From contig CAVXHK010000003.1 in the NCBI GenBank assembly GCA_963761705.1, positions 577,455 through 641,454 on the forward strand: 64,000 nt of DNA, written 5' to 3'. Origin of the DNA: an uncultured Verrucomicrobiae bacterium (GTDB taxonomy: Bacteria; Verrucomicrobiota; Verrucomicrobiia; Chthoniobacterales; JAATET01). The notes beneath the pieces were generated by a model that was not told where the DNA came from, did not search any database, and worked only from the letters and a program-made list of their open reading frames with translations. A program made the translations under genes and the position numbers. Within the stretch, counting starts at the first letter, position 1. Every line of letters begins with the position of its first letter. This document shows positions 10,403 through 19,686 of the stretch, piece after piece.

Positions 10403-10592
10403 TTTTCGGAACGCGCGCCTGCGTTCTTGAGCAAAAAGTGGCGGAGGGGGCAAAGGAGAGAACGACGAGGTGGGCTTGAGCTCGTTCGTTCTAGCCGCTG
10501 CTGGCTCGGACGCCTCCTGGTTAAAGCGAATTTTTAGGTTTCTGGTGGCCGTTGTTTGACGGTCAGGGGCATTTTGGACACGGTCTTGGGCT

Positions 10593-12125
10593 ATGGGAAA
10601 ACCCGTGACTCTAATCATTCGTGACGGCTGGGGCATCAATCCGAACGGGCGGGCCGGGGCGGAAGCCGATGGAAACGCGACGTTATTGGCGAAGACTCCC
10701 TTCCACGATGAATTGTACGCCAAATATCCGCAGGGGACGCTGAGTGCGAGCGGGCTGGACGTCGGGTTGCCCGATGGCCAGATGGGGAACTCGGAAGTCG
10801 GGCACTTGAACCTGGGGGCGGGGCGGGTGGTGTACCAGGATTTTACGAAGATCAACAAGGCGATCGCGGACGGGGAGCTGGCGGGTAACGAGGTGCTCGT
10901 GGAGGCGTTTGCGAAGGCGAAGGGGGGAAGGTTGCATCTACTGGGGCTCGTCTCTGACGGAGGAGTGCACAGTCACCAGGAACACTTGGTGGCGTTGGCC
11001 GGCGCGGCGAGGGATGCGGGGGTTGACGATATTCTCGTGCACGCGATCACGGACGGGCGGGACACTTCGCCGACCGGCGGGAAGGATTACCTCGCCGAGG
11101 TGGTGGCGGGGTTAAGGCCGTCTGGCGCGGTGGTCGCGACGGTGGTTGGACGGTATTTTGCCATGGACCGGGACGAGCGGTGGGATCGGAATAAGCTGGC
11201 TTGGGACGCGATCGTGCTGGGGCGGGGCGAGGTGACGGAGAGTTCGCCGAGTGAGGCCTTGGCGGCGCGCTACGAAGCGGGGGAGACGGATGAATTCATT
11301 AAGCCGATCATTTTTGCGCACGCCGACGAGCAGCGGGTACGCGACGGGGACGTGGTGCTGTTTTTCAACTTCCGGGCGGACCGGGCGCGGCAGTTGTCGC
11401 GGGCTTTTCTGGAGTCGGACTTCGATGGGTTCGACCGCGAGCTAACGCCGAAGGTCGCTTACGTGACGCTCACGCAATACGACAAGAAGTACGGCGTGCC
11501 GGTGGTGTTTCCGAAGGAGCCACCGCGGCGGATTCTGGGCGAGATCGTGAGCGGGGCTGGGCTAAAACAGCTGCGGATCGCGGAGACCGAGAAATATCCG
11601 CACGTGACCTATTTCTTCAACGGAGGCGTCGAGAAGCAGTTCGACGGCGAAGATCGGAAGATCGTCCCGTCTCCGCAGGACGTGGCGACCTACGATCTCA
11701 AACCGGAGATGAGCGCGCCTGAGGTGGTGCGGGCCGTCGTCGAACAGCTGAAACATTACGACTTGGTGATCCTCAATTTCGCGAACCCGGACATGGTCGG
11801 GCACACCGGCGTCGTCGAAGCGGGCGTGAAAGCGGTGGAAATGATCGACGAGGGCGTGCGGCAGGTCATCGGCGAGGTCTTGAGGCTCGGCGGGTGTGCG
11901 CTCGTCACGGCGGATCACGGCAACTGCGAGACGATGCGCAATCCGGACGGAACGCCGAACACGGCGCACACGACCAACTTGGTGCAATGCCTCTACGTGG
12001 GAGCGGACGCGGCGGGTGTGACGGTGCGGGACGGGATCCTCGCGGACGTGGCTCCGACGTTGCTGGATCTGCTGGGGCTGGAGAAGCCAGCGGAAATGAC
12101 GGGCTCGAGCTTGGTGGTGCGCTGA
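10593..12125 (+). CDS. gpmI: 2,3-bisphosphoglycerate-independent phosphoglycerate mutase
   Basis: DGWG...GNSEVGHLNLGAGR...SDGGVHSH...ADHGN; full-length iPGM. Confidence 0.92.
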   Translation: MGKPVTLIIRDGWGINPNGRAGAEADGNATLLAKTPFHDELYAKYPQGTLSASGLDVGLPDGQMGNSEVGHLNLGAGRVVYQDFTKINKAIADGELAGNEVLVEAFAKAKGGRLHLLGLVSDGGVHSHQEHLVALAGAARDAGVDDILVHAITDGRDTSPTGGKDYLAEVVAGLRPSGAVVATVVGRYFAMDRDERWDRNKLAWDAIVLGRGEVTESSPSEALAARYEAGETDEFIKPIIFAHADEQRVRDGDVVLFFNFRADRARQLSRAFLESDFDGFDRELTPKVAYVTLTQYDKKYGVPVVFPKEPPRRILGEIVSGAGLKQLRIAETEKYPHVTYFFNGGVEKQFDGEDRKIVPSPQDVATYDLKPEMSAPEVVRAVVEQLKHYDLVILNFANPDMVGHTGVVEAGVKAVEMIDEGVRQVIGEVLRLGGCALVTADHGNCETMRNPDGTPNTAHTTNLVQCLYVGADAAGVTVRDGILADVAPTLLDLLGLEKPAEMTGSSLVVR

Positions 12126-12187
12126 GGAGATCGGTTTGCGCGCCAAGGCATCCGGCGGCGGGATCGGGCGCGTTTCGACTCTAGACA

Positions 12188-12715
12188 ATGAAAAACTTCA
12201 CCACGCACCTCGCCTTTCTCGCAACCGGGTCGCTTCTCCTTCTCTCTAACGCCATGGCTTTTACGAACGAACCGATTGCTGACATCGACCTCAAAAAATT
12301 CGACGGAAAGTGGTATTCGCTGACCTCGATTCCGACGGCCTTGGACAAGGATTGGTTGGAGACGGTCGAGTATTACACGTTGCGCGAGGACGGGACTTAC
12401 GACGTGCGGACGACGTACCGGAAAGAAGGTGAGGATGAGGAAAAAGAGATCAGCTCGCGGCTGTTCCCGGGTGACGATGGCGAAGAAGGGGAGATGAAGG
12501 CTCAGTTTTTTTGGCCTTTCAAGGTGGGGTATCGGATCATCGATTTACCCGAGGATTATTCCTACGTGGTGATCGGACATCCGAAAAAGAAGTATCTCTT
12601 CATCATGAGCCGCGACGCCTCGCTGCCGGAGGGGAAGCTGGCGGAGATTGTGACGCGTTGCAAGGAGTTGGGTTACGCGACGGACGAGCTGAAGAGTCAG
12701 GAACACGGCAGTTGA
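12188..12715 (+). CDS. bacterial lipocalin (Blc-like)
   Basis: Signal peptide plus the KFDGKWYSL lipocalin motif; ~175 aa. Confidence 0.8.
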   Translation: MKNFTTHLAFLATGSLLLLSNAMAFTNEPIADIDLKKFDGKWYSLTSIPTALDKDWLETVEYYTLREDGTYDVRTTYRKEGEDEEKEISSRLFPGDDGEEGEMKAQFFWPFKVGYRIIDLPEDYSYVVIGHPKKKYLFIMSRDASLPEGKLAEIVTRCKELGYATDELKSQEHGS

Positions 12716-12786
12716 TCGCGTGAGTTGGCGGCGGTGGAGCTCAGCGGGAGAGCTCGCCCGCGAAATTTCCGGCGTAGATCAAGGAC

Positions 12787-13071
12787 GTGACCGATGGCTT
12801 GCGTTGGATCGTGTCAAACCGACGCGGATGCCGACGATCCGCCAACTTTTTCGCTGCACGGGAGAAGGACGAAGTCGTGCCGGTCGAGCGGAGTGGGATG
12901 ATGATGGCGGAGCTGGATCGAGTTGGGGTGCCGGTGGAATTGGTGACGTTTTCGGAGGAGGCTCATGGGTCTCCGCCGGATGCGGAGACGTTGCAGCGAG
13001 TCGCTGCCCTCTTTGGGCGGTGGCTTTCGTGCCGCGCTCACGGAGAATTTAAGGCAGGACCATTTTGGTGA
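12787..13071 (+). pseudogene. C-terminal remnant of an alpha/beta-hydrolase (esterase/peptidase S9-like)
   Basis: Only the last ~90 aa of the fold are present (DDPPTFSLHG|EKDEVVPVERS...VELVTFSEEAHG). They are split between two frames at cacGGGagaagg (about 12858-12863). There is no room for the N-terminal part, because the lipocalin stop is at 12715. Confidence 0.5.
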
Positions 13072-13082
13072 CGGCGATCTTT

Positions 13083-13118
13083 CCGGCTGGAAGCCGGAAA
13101 GGACGGGCTGGAAGCCCG
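13083..13118. repeat. two adjacent GGCTGGAAGCC-core hairpins
   Basis: CCGGCTGGAAGCCGG (13083-13097) and CGGGCTGGAAGCCCG (13104-13118). The same core recurs at 38279-38289 and as ACCGGCTGGAAGCCGGT at 56945-56961. Confidence 0.5.
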
Positions 13119-13143
13119 CGCTCCCCGGTGGTTAAGGTGGGGG

Positions 13144-14598
13144 ATGGAAGAGACCGGTTTGAGTGAGTTGCTGGCGGTGCGCCGGCAGAAGTTGGACGCG
13201 TTGGTGGAGGCAGGGGTGGCTCCGTACGGGGCGGCGTACGAGACCGATGGGGCGGTCGCGGACGTGCGGGCGCAGTTCGCGGAGGAAGCTCCGCTGCGGA
13301 TGGCTGGGCGGATCACGGCGCATCGTGACATGGGGAAGAGTCAATTTCTCGACCTGTCCGACGCGACGGGACGGATGCAGATTTACGTTCACGCGAAGGA
13401 AATCGGGGTGGATCAATTCGCGATTTTTCAACAGCTGGACATCGGGGATTTCGTGGGCGTGGAAGGGGTCGGGTTCATGACGCGAACCGGGGAACCGACC
13501 GTCAAGGTTAGTGGGTTCAAGGTGCTCAGCAAATCGCTGAAGCCGCTGCCGGACAAGTGGCACGGGGTGCAGGACACGGAAATCCGCTACCGGCAGCGGT
13601 ATCTGGATCTCATCGCTAACGAGGAGTCGCGGGAGATTTTTCAGAAGCGGGTGACGATCGTGCGGGAGATCCGGCGATTTCTGGAAGACCGGGCCTTTAT
13701 CGAGGTCGAGACGCCGATGATGCAGTCGGTCGCGGGGGGCGCGGCGGCAGAGCCTTTTAAGACGCACCACAACGCGCTCGGGATGGACCTTTTCCTGCGG
13801 ATCGCGCCGGAGCTGTACCTCAAGAGGCTGCTGGTGGGTGGATTCCCGAAGATCTTCGAGCTGAATCGAAATTTTCGAAACGAGGGGATTTCGCGGCGGC
13901 ACAATCCGGAATTCACGATGCTGGAGGCGTATTGGGCCTTCGCCGATTTCGAGAAGATGGCGGATCTGGTCGAAGAAATGATCTGTCACCTCGCGGAGAT
14001 GGTTTGTGGCGGGTTGAAGATCGAGCACAAGGATGGTGACGGGAACGTGACACGGACGATTGATCTCACGCGTCCCTGGAAGCGGGAGCGCTACGCGGAT
14101 CTGATCAAGTCGGTTCAGCCGGACTGGTATGAGCTGACGCCAGAACGGCGGCGCGAGCGCTGCCGGGAGATTGGGTTGGAGGTGTCGCAGTGCGTGGCGG
14201 ATTTCGAGGTGACCCAGCACGTGTTCGAGAAGCTGATCGAGGAGAAGCGGATGGATCCGCTCTACGTGACGCACTGCCCGAAGGAGCTGGTGCCCCTGGC
14301 GAAACAGAACGTCGAGGATCCGTCGGTCGTGGACGTTTATGAATTGGTCATCAACGGCCAGGAGATCTCGCCGGGTTATTCCGAGCTCAACGACCCCACG
14401 GTGCAGCGGGAGCGACTGATGGAGCAGAGCGGCGGGGAGACGCAGATGCTGGATGAGTCGTTTCTCGAAGCGCTGGAATACGGGATGCCGCCGGCGGGCG
14501 GGATCGGGATCGGGATCGACCGGTTGGTGATGATGTTGACCGGAGCGGAATCGATTCGCGACGTCTTGTTCTTCCCGCAGATGAAACCGCGAGGGTAG
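13144..14598 (+). CDS. lysS: lysine--tRNA ligase (class II)
   Basis: Full-length LysRS-II: OB-fold N-domain, FRNEGISRRHNPEFTMLE (motif 2 region) and GGIGIGIDRLVMMLT (motif 3). Confidence 0.92.
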   Translation: MEETGLSELLAVRRQKLDALVEAGVAPYGAAYETDGAVADVRAQFAEEAPLRMAGRITAHRDMGKSQFLDLSDATGRMQIYVHAKEIGVDQFAIFQQLDIGDFVGVEGVGFMTRTGEPTVKVSGFKVLSKSLKPLPDKWHGVQDTEIRYRQRYLDLIANEESREIFQKRVTIVREIRRFLEDRAFIEVETPMMQSVAGGAAAEPFKTHHNALGMDLFLRIAPELYLKRLLVGGFPKIFELNRNFRNEGISRRHNPEFTMLEAYWAFADFEKMADLVEEMICHLAEMVCGGLKIEHKDGDGNVTRTIDLTRPWKRERYADLIKSVQPDWYELTPERRRERCREIGLEVSQCVADFEVTQHVFEKLIEEKRMDPLYVTHCPKELVPLAKQNVEDPSVVDVYELVINGQEISPGYSELNDPTVQRERLMEQSGGETQMLDESFLEALEYGMPPAGGIGIGIDRLVMMLTGAESIRDVLFFPQMKPRG

Positions 14599-14640
14599 GT
14601 GGCGCTTGCCGCCGCGGAAGGGGTGGCGTTTGATCGACCG

Positions 14641-15291
14641 ATGGAAAATGCAACTCCCGACTCGATCGTCGAAGCTCTGAATTGGCGTTATGCGACCAAG
14701 AAATTTGACCCGGAGCGGCGGATCGACGCCGCGACCTGGGAGGCCCTCGAGCAGTCGCTCGTCCTGGCTCCGTCGTCGTTTGGGTTGCAGCCGTGGAAGT
14801 TTGTGGTGGTCGAGGACCCGGCTAAACGTGAGGAGTTAGTCGGGAAATCCTGGGGCCAGAAGCAAGTGGTGAACGCGTCGCACTTGGTTGTGTTCGCGGT
14901 AAAGAGTCCGCTGGACGCTTCGGACGTGCGGCGGCACATCGAACGGACGGCGGCGGTGCAGGGGATGCCGGTCGAGACGCTGGCCGGATTTGAAAAAGTG
15001 GTGGCCGGATTTTTGGAGAAACCACCTTATCCCTTGGATCTGCGAGAGTGGGGTTCGCGCCAGGTTTACATAGCCCTGGGGAACTTCATGCTAGCGGCGG
15101 CGATGATGGGAGTGGACACCTGTCCAATGGAAGGGCTCGATCCGGCGGGTTACGACGACGTGCTGGGACTGACTGGAACCGGTTTTTTCACGGTCGTCGC
15201 GTGTCCGACCGGTTACCGCGCGACGGACGACGCGTCGGCGGGGCGGGCGAAGGTGCGATTCCCACGCGAGGACGTGATCATCCACGCCTGA
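14641..15291 (+). CDS. NAD(P)H nitroreductase family protein
   Basis: MENATPDSIVEALNWRYATKKFD...SSFGLQPW, the nitroreductase-fold N-terminus. The ATG at 14641 is preferred to the track's 14599 alternative start. Confidence 0.8.
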   Translation: MENATPDSIVEALNWRYATKKFDPERRIDAATWEALEQSLVLAPSSFGLQPWKFVVVEDPAKREELVGKSWGQKQVVNASHLVVFAVKSPLDASDVRRHIERTAAVQGMPVETLAGFEKVVAGFLEKPPYPLDLREWGSRQVYIALGNFMLAAAMMGVDTCPMEGLDPAGYDDVLGLTGTGFFTVVACPTGYRATDDASAGRAKVRFPREDVIIHA

Positions 15292-15320
15292 GTCTCCGAC
15301 GGAAATGCGAATGCGTTTCT

Positions 15321-15424
15321 AACCGGAAGGTAACGAAGGGAACGAGGAATACAGAATTTGGCTCGGAAAGTGTGAGTTGCTCGAGGAGATGCCGAAGGCA
15401 GGCACCTCTATGTTACCTTTGGTT
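15321..15424. repeat. REP-like palindromic element, degenerate copy A
   Basis: Left arm AACCGGAAGGTAACGAAGGG pairs with right arm GTTACCTTTGGTT, which overlaps the MMPL stop codon. It shares the GAAGGTAACGAAGG core with copies at 21034-21124 and 28460-28535. Confidence 0.5.
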
Positions 15425-17779
15425 CAAACGGGATTGTATTTCCACCCAAAGCCGCGGGAGTAGGTAAATGGCGATGGCCGTGTTGGCGGCGAAACCGAGC
15501 GCGCAGACTCGGCCGAGGCTGGCCAGGCCTTCGCTGGCGGCCCAGCTGATACTGGCGAAGCCGACGGTCGTCGTGATGCCGCACAGGAGAAGGGCGGTAC
15601 CGACGGTGCGGTGAGTGGTGGCTAGGTTACCGTTCGTTTCGCGGAGGGCGCGGATGAGGTGGATGCTGAAATCGACGCCGGTGCCGAGGAGGAGAAGAGC
15701 GGCGGCGATGTTCATGAAGTTCCACGTGAATCCGAGCAGAGTCATTCCGCCGAGCAGCGTGAGGGTGTTAAGCGTGAGGATGCCCATGGCGAACAGCACG
15801 TCGAACGCGTTGCGGAAGGCGAGGATGAGCATGACGATGAGCACGGCGGCGAAGATCGCGAGGGGGATGATCATTTCCTCGGCGGCGAAGCGGGCGAGCT
15901 CTTGCCCAAGGAGTGGCCAGCTGAGGAGCGCGATGCCGGGGGCGTTGATCTTGGCGGGGAGGGAGGCGTAGTCGGCGTCGGAGAGAGAGGGGGCGGGTTC
16001 GACCGCGCCCATCGCGGCGTTGGGGCGGTGGACGGCGCGGCGGAGGATCCAGAGGGTCCGGTCGTCGTGGGGCCAGATCGGTGGGGTTGAGAATGTCTCC
16101 CACCGGTCCAACAAAGCGTCGGTGAGGGCGAAGGCTTGCTCGGTGAAGCCCGCTGTTTCGAGCGCGGAAGCGAGTTGGTCGCGAGCAGCGATGGCGGGCG
16201 CGATGGCCGCGAGGTTCCTTTGCTGGGCGGCGGAGTCTGGCCAGAAAGCGGTGGGTAGAAGGGAACTCTTCACGAGGCCCTCCGCTTTGAGCCGTTCAAT
16301 CGACGCGGTGGCGTCGAGGAGGCGGGCGTGGATCTGAGTCGGATCGTCGCCGGTGACGAGGAGGTTGAGCGTGCGGGGTGAGTCGGCGAGTTTTTCGTAG
16401 ATCCGGTTAACCGTCTCGTAGGCGAGGCTGTTGCGGGGTTTCAACGCGGCGGCGGTGGATTCAAGGCCCGGGAAGCCATCGACCACGAGGGTTGCGAGCG
16501 CGGAGAAGACAGCGAGACCGGTGAGGGCCGCTCCGGTCGCCAAGCCGCGGACCCGAGACTGGGTGGCGGGCGCTGGCCTCGCGAAGCGGACGACGGCCTT
16601 GGTGAAAAGCGTCAGCATGAGGGTTGCTCCCGCAATGACGCCGAGGGCGACGAGGAGCCCGAGCTGGGCGAGGCCGGGGACGCCGGAGAAGAGGAGGCTG
16701 GCGAAGGCGGCGGCGGTGGTGGCGGCGGCCCACGCGATGCCGGGGGTGCATTCGCGGCGGAGGGTGGCGGCGTCGGTACGGCGGTTGAGGTGGGTCTGGT
16801 AGATGATGAGGCCGTAGTCGACGTTGATGCCCACGAGGATGGAGGCGAAACCGGCGCTGATGATGGTGATGCCGCTCTCGATGAATCCGGCGACCGAAAG
16901 GGCGATGACGAAACTCAGACCGAGGAGGCCGATGAGAACGGCAAGGGTGATGAAGCGGCGGTAAACGGCGAAGAAAATGATCCCGACAATGGCGGCGGTC
17001 ACGAGGCCACTTTGGCGCATTTCGGTTTCCATCCCGGAGGAAAGCTCCGAGACGAAGGCGGGGTCTCCGGCGATGCCGATCTGGATCGCCGCGGGGTCGG
17101 GTTGGGATTTTTTCCAATCCGCGATGCTGGCTTTAACGGCGGTGATCCAGTCGGTCGCGAGGCGGTAGTTGGCGAGGTCGGTGGCGGCGGTGACGTAGAG
17201 GGCGCGAAAGGTGCCGTCGGCGGAGACGAATTCGGATTTGCTGGGGGAGTCGCCGGTGGGGGCGATGGTCTGGAGGTTGGGAAGGAGGCGGTAGGGATCG
17301 TAGCCGAGGAGGGCCAGGTCCTGTCCCGAAAGCGTGTTCGTGAGCTCGGCGAGGGCAGATTGGGCGTTGGCGGGGGCGGCGGCGGGGTCGAGTGCGCCGA
17401 CGATCTTGGCGAAGTCAGCGGGCGGGAGGTTGATCGCGGTGTAGGCGGCGAAGTCGGCGAGCTTCTCGGGCTCGGCTTCCCAGAGGGGCCGGTCGACAAC
17501 GAGCTTGGTGAGGTCGGACTCGCTGCGGAGGTGGTCGGCGAGGCTGGAGGCCGCGAAGGTGGTGAGGTTGGGGTCGGCGGTTTCGACCGTGACGATGAGT
17601 TCGTTCGGAAGGCCAAAGTTCTCGAGGACGGTCGCGAGACCCTCGGCTTGGTCGATGTTCGGCGGGAGGAGGTCGAGGATCTCGACGTTGAAGCTGATGC
17701 GGGAGAGGCCGAGGAAGATCAACGCGCAGGCGAGGACGATGAATACGGGTTTGGACCACGGATGGGCACGAATGGACAC
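15413..17779 (-). CDS. MMPL/RND-superfamily exporter
   Basis: 788 aa with two blocks of ~6 TM helices separated by large loops, the architecture of 'predicted exporter' MMPL proteins. It is the last gene of the 21026->15413 operon. Confidence 0.75.
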   Translation of the reverse strand: MSIRAHPWSKPVFIVLACALIFLGLSRISFNVEILDLLPPNIDQAEGLATVLENFGLPNELIVTVETADPNLTTFAASSLADHLRSESDLTKLVVDRPLWEAEPEKLADFAAYTAINLPPADFAKIVGALDPAAAPANAQSALAELTNTLSGQDLALLGYDPYRLLPNLQTIAPTGDSPSKSEFVSADGTFRALYVTAATDLANYRLATDWITAVKASIADWKKSQPDPAAIQIGIAGDPAFVSELSSGMETEMRQSGLVTAAIVGIIFFAVYRRFITLAVLIGLLGLSFVIALSVAGFIESGITIISAGFASILVGINVDYGLIIYQTHLNRRTDAATLRRECTPGIAWAAATTAAAFASLLFSGVPGLAQLGLLVALGVIAGATLMLTLFTKAVVRFARPAPATQSRVRGLATGAALTGLAVFSALATLVVDGFPGLESTAAALKPRNSLAYETVNRIYEKLADSPRTLNLLVTGDDPTQIHARLLDATASIERLKAEGLVKSSLLPTAFWPDSAAQQRNLAAIAPAIAARDQLASALETAGFTEQAFALTDALLDRWETFSTPPIWPHDDRTLWILRRAVHRPNAAMGAVEPAPSLSDADYASLPAKINAPGIALLSWPLLGQELARFAAEEMIIPLAIFAAVLIVMLILAFRNAFDVLFAMGILTLNTLTLLGGMTLLGFTWNFMNIAAALLLLGTGVDFSIHLIRALRETNGNLATTHRTVGTALLLCGITTTVGFASISWAASEGLASLGRVCALGFAANTAIAIYLLPRLWVEIQSRLNQR

Positions 17780-17809
17780 GGCTGGATGAAATGCTCGGAC
17801 GGATCCGGG

Positions 17810-18448
17810 TTAATCTGTGTTCATCCGGGGTTCGAAGATGTCGGCGGGGAGGGGGTGGTTGACGTCGACCTTGGTGAACTTGGTTTCGAGGCCGCCACCG
17901 TTGGTGAGCTCGACGTTGAACTTGGTGAGGATGCCGGTGGCGGTTTCGTATTCGAGGTTGATCGCCGCGACGAATTTGGTGGCCTGCGCGTCGCGGGGAA
18001 CGAGGTCGAGCTCGGTGCGGTCGCCGGATTCGTCCATGCGCGTTACGTCGAAGAGTTGGCGGAACTTCGCGAGCGAATCGGTCACGGGGAACCGCATGAG
18101 CATGAGCTGCTGGGTCTCCGGGTTGGCGGCGGACTCGTTGATCTCGCGAACGGTGTTCTTTGTTTTGTCGAGGAGCGTGAGGGTGTCACCGCGGCGGATG
18201 GCGATGGTCTCGGGCGGCTCACCGAGTTGGAAGCGGAAGCTGCCGTCGTTCTCGAACCAGATCTTGCCGGTGGTGCGGGAGGGGATGCGGAGGGTGGGGA
18301 GGCGGCGGGTCTGGGCAAATTCACCCTGGAGGGTACGAACGGTTTGCTGCCGGGCGATCCAACTCTCAATCGCTAACCAGTCGGGTTCGGCGGATTGGAT
18401 TGGCCGCGAGAAGGCGCAGAAGGCGCAGAGAAGGAGGAGAATTTTCAT
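17810..18448 (-). CDS. LolA-like outer-membrane lipoprotein carrier family protein
   Basis: Real start is ATG 18448 (MKILLLLCAFCAFSRPIQSAEP, signal peptide), which overlaps the upstream stop as ATGA. Size and sequence fit LolA-fold proteins of lipid-export clusters. The rest of track ORF 17810..18853 is a spurious extension. Confidence 0.65.
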   Translation of the reverse strand: MKILLLLCAFCAFSRPIQSAEPDWLAIESWIARQQTVRTLQGEFAQTRRLPTLRIPSRTTGKIWFENDGSFRFQLGEPPETIAIRRGDTLTLLDKTKNTVREINESAANPETQQLMLMRFPVTDSLAKFRQLFDVTRMDESGDRTELDLVPRDAQATKFVAAINLEYETATGILTKFNVELTNGGGLETKFTKVDVNHPLPADIFEPRMNTD

Positions 18449-19686
18449 CGGATCGCGAATTTGCGGGGATCGCTGCGGGCGGTGGCGAGGTGGCCGACAG
18501 CTTTGAGGAGTTGGCGGCTGTACGTGCGGGTCGTGAAAGCTCCGGAAGCCATGCAGCCGAGGTGCTTGGCGATGTGCGCGTCGATGAGTGTGGTGACGCG
18601 ATTCGGGTGGGCGGCGCGCCACTTGGCTCCGGTCTCGTGCATGGCGAAGATGTGTCCGCTGTAGAAATACTCGATGAATTGCATCCAGCAGGTGAGGTGG
18701 TGATTCATCCAATTGCCGTAGGCGGAGAGAGCGTGGTCTGGTTTTTTTTCGGCGAGAAGGTCGGCGAGTTTCTCGGCGGAACCGAGGGCGGTGATCATGC
18801 CCGGTGAGAGCATGGGGTCGACGAACCCGAACGCGTCGCCGATGGCAGCCCAATTCTCGCCGGTGCCGCGCTCGGAGATGAGCTGGTAGTTCGCGTAGGT
18901 CTGGACGGGGGTGATTCGACGGGCGTTGCGGGCTTCATGGCTGAGAGCAGGGTCGTGGCGAAGGACGTGGTCGAGACGGGCTTCGGGGGTGTCGCCCAGA
19001 TCGGCGGCCCGGCGGTTGTCGAGGACGATACCGAAGGAGGTGCAATCGCGAAGCGGGATCCGCCAGGCCCAACCGTGGTCGAGGTGAATCGCGGCGATCT
19101 GGCCGCGGGGCGACTCGGCGGTAAAACCTTCGTAGTGGGCGAAATGCGAGACGTCTTTGCGCGGACCGAATTGGGCGGGGATCCGGAGAAGACGGGCGAA
19201 CGCGCGGCGGCGTCCCGTCGCGTCGATCAGGAGATCGGGCTGGCGGTCGTGCCAATCGGGGACCTCGGATAGGCTTTCGGGAGTGAGCTCGACGCGGCCA
19301 TCGGTGGCCTGAACGTCGGCTCGACGACGGATCACCGTGGCTCCGGCATCGCGGGCGGTTGAGGCAAGCAGGTCGTCGAACTTGGGGCGGGGGATGTTGT
19401 AGGAGTAAGTCGGGAGGTAACCGCGAACGGTCTCGAACGTGAAGTCGATGGCGTCTTCGGGAAACGGGACGAACGATGCGCCGGGCTTGCGGAGGCTGAA
19501 GGCGGCGACTTTCTCCTCGATGCCGAGGCGTTGGAGAATCGGGACGACGGCGGGGATGTTTGACTCTCCGACGATCAGGTCGGGCCGTTGGCCTTCGTCG
19601 AAGATTGCGACATCGCAGCCACGCCGGGTGGCGAAGGTCGCGAAGGCGGATCCGGCGGGCCCGCCGCCGATGACTGCGATTCTCAT
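18445..19686 (-). CDS. FAD-dependent halogenase-like oxidoreductase
   Basis: N-terminal GGGPAGS dinucleotide motif and a WxWxIP motif (GWAWRIP, nt 19054-19071), the signature that separates flavin halogenases from monooxygenases. ATGA overlaps at both ends. Confidence 0.7.
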   Translation of the reverse strand: MRIAVIGGGPAGSAFATFATRRGCDVAIFDEGQRPDLIVGESNIPAVVPILQRLGIEEKVAAFSLRKPGASFVPFPEDAIDFTFETVRGYLPTYSYNIPRPKFDDLLASTARDAGATVIRRRADVQATDGRVELTPESLSEVPDWHDRQPDLLIDATGRRRAFARLLRIPAQFGPRKDVSHFAHYEGFTAESPRGQIAAIHLDHGWAWRIPLRDCTSFGIVLDNRRAADLGDTPEARLDHVLRHDPALSHEARNARRITPVQTYANYQLISERGTGENWAAIGDAFGFVDPMLSPGMITALGSAEKLADLLAEKKPDHALSAYGNWMNHHLTCWMQFIEYFYSGHIFAMHETGAKWRAAHPNRVTTLIDAHIAKHLGCMASGAFTTRTYSRQLLKAVGHLATARSDPRKFAIR

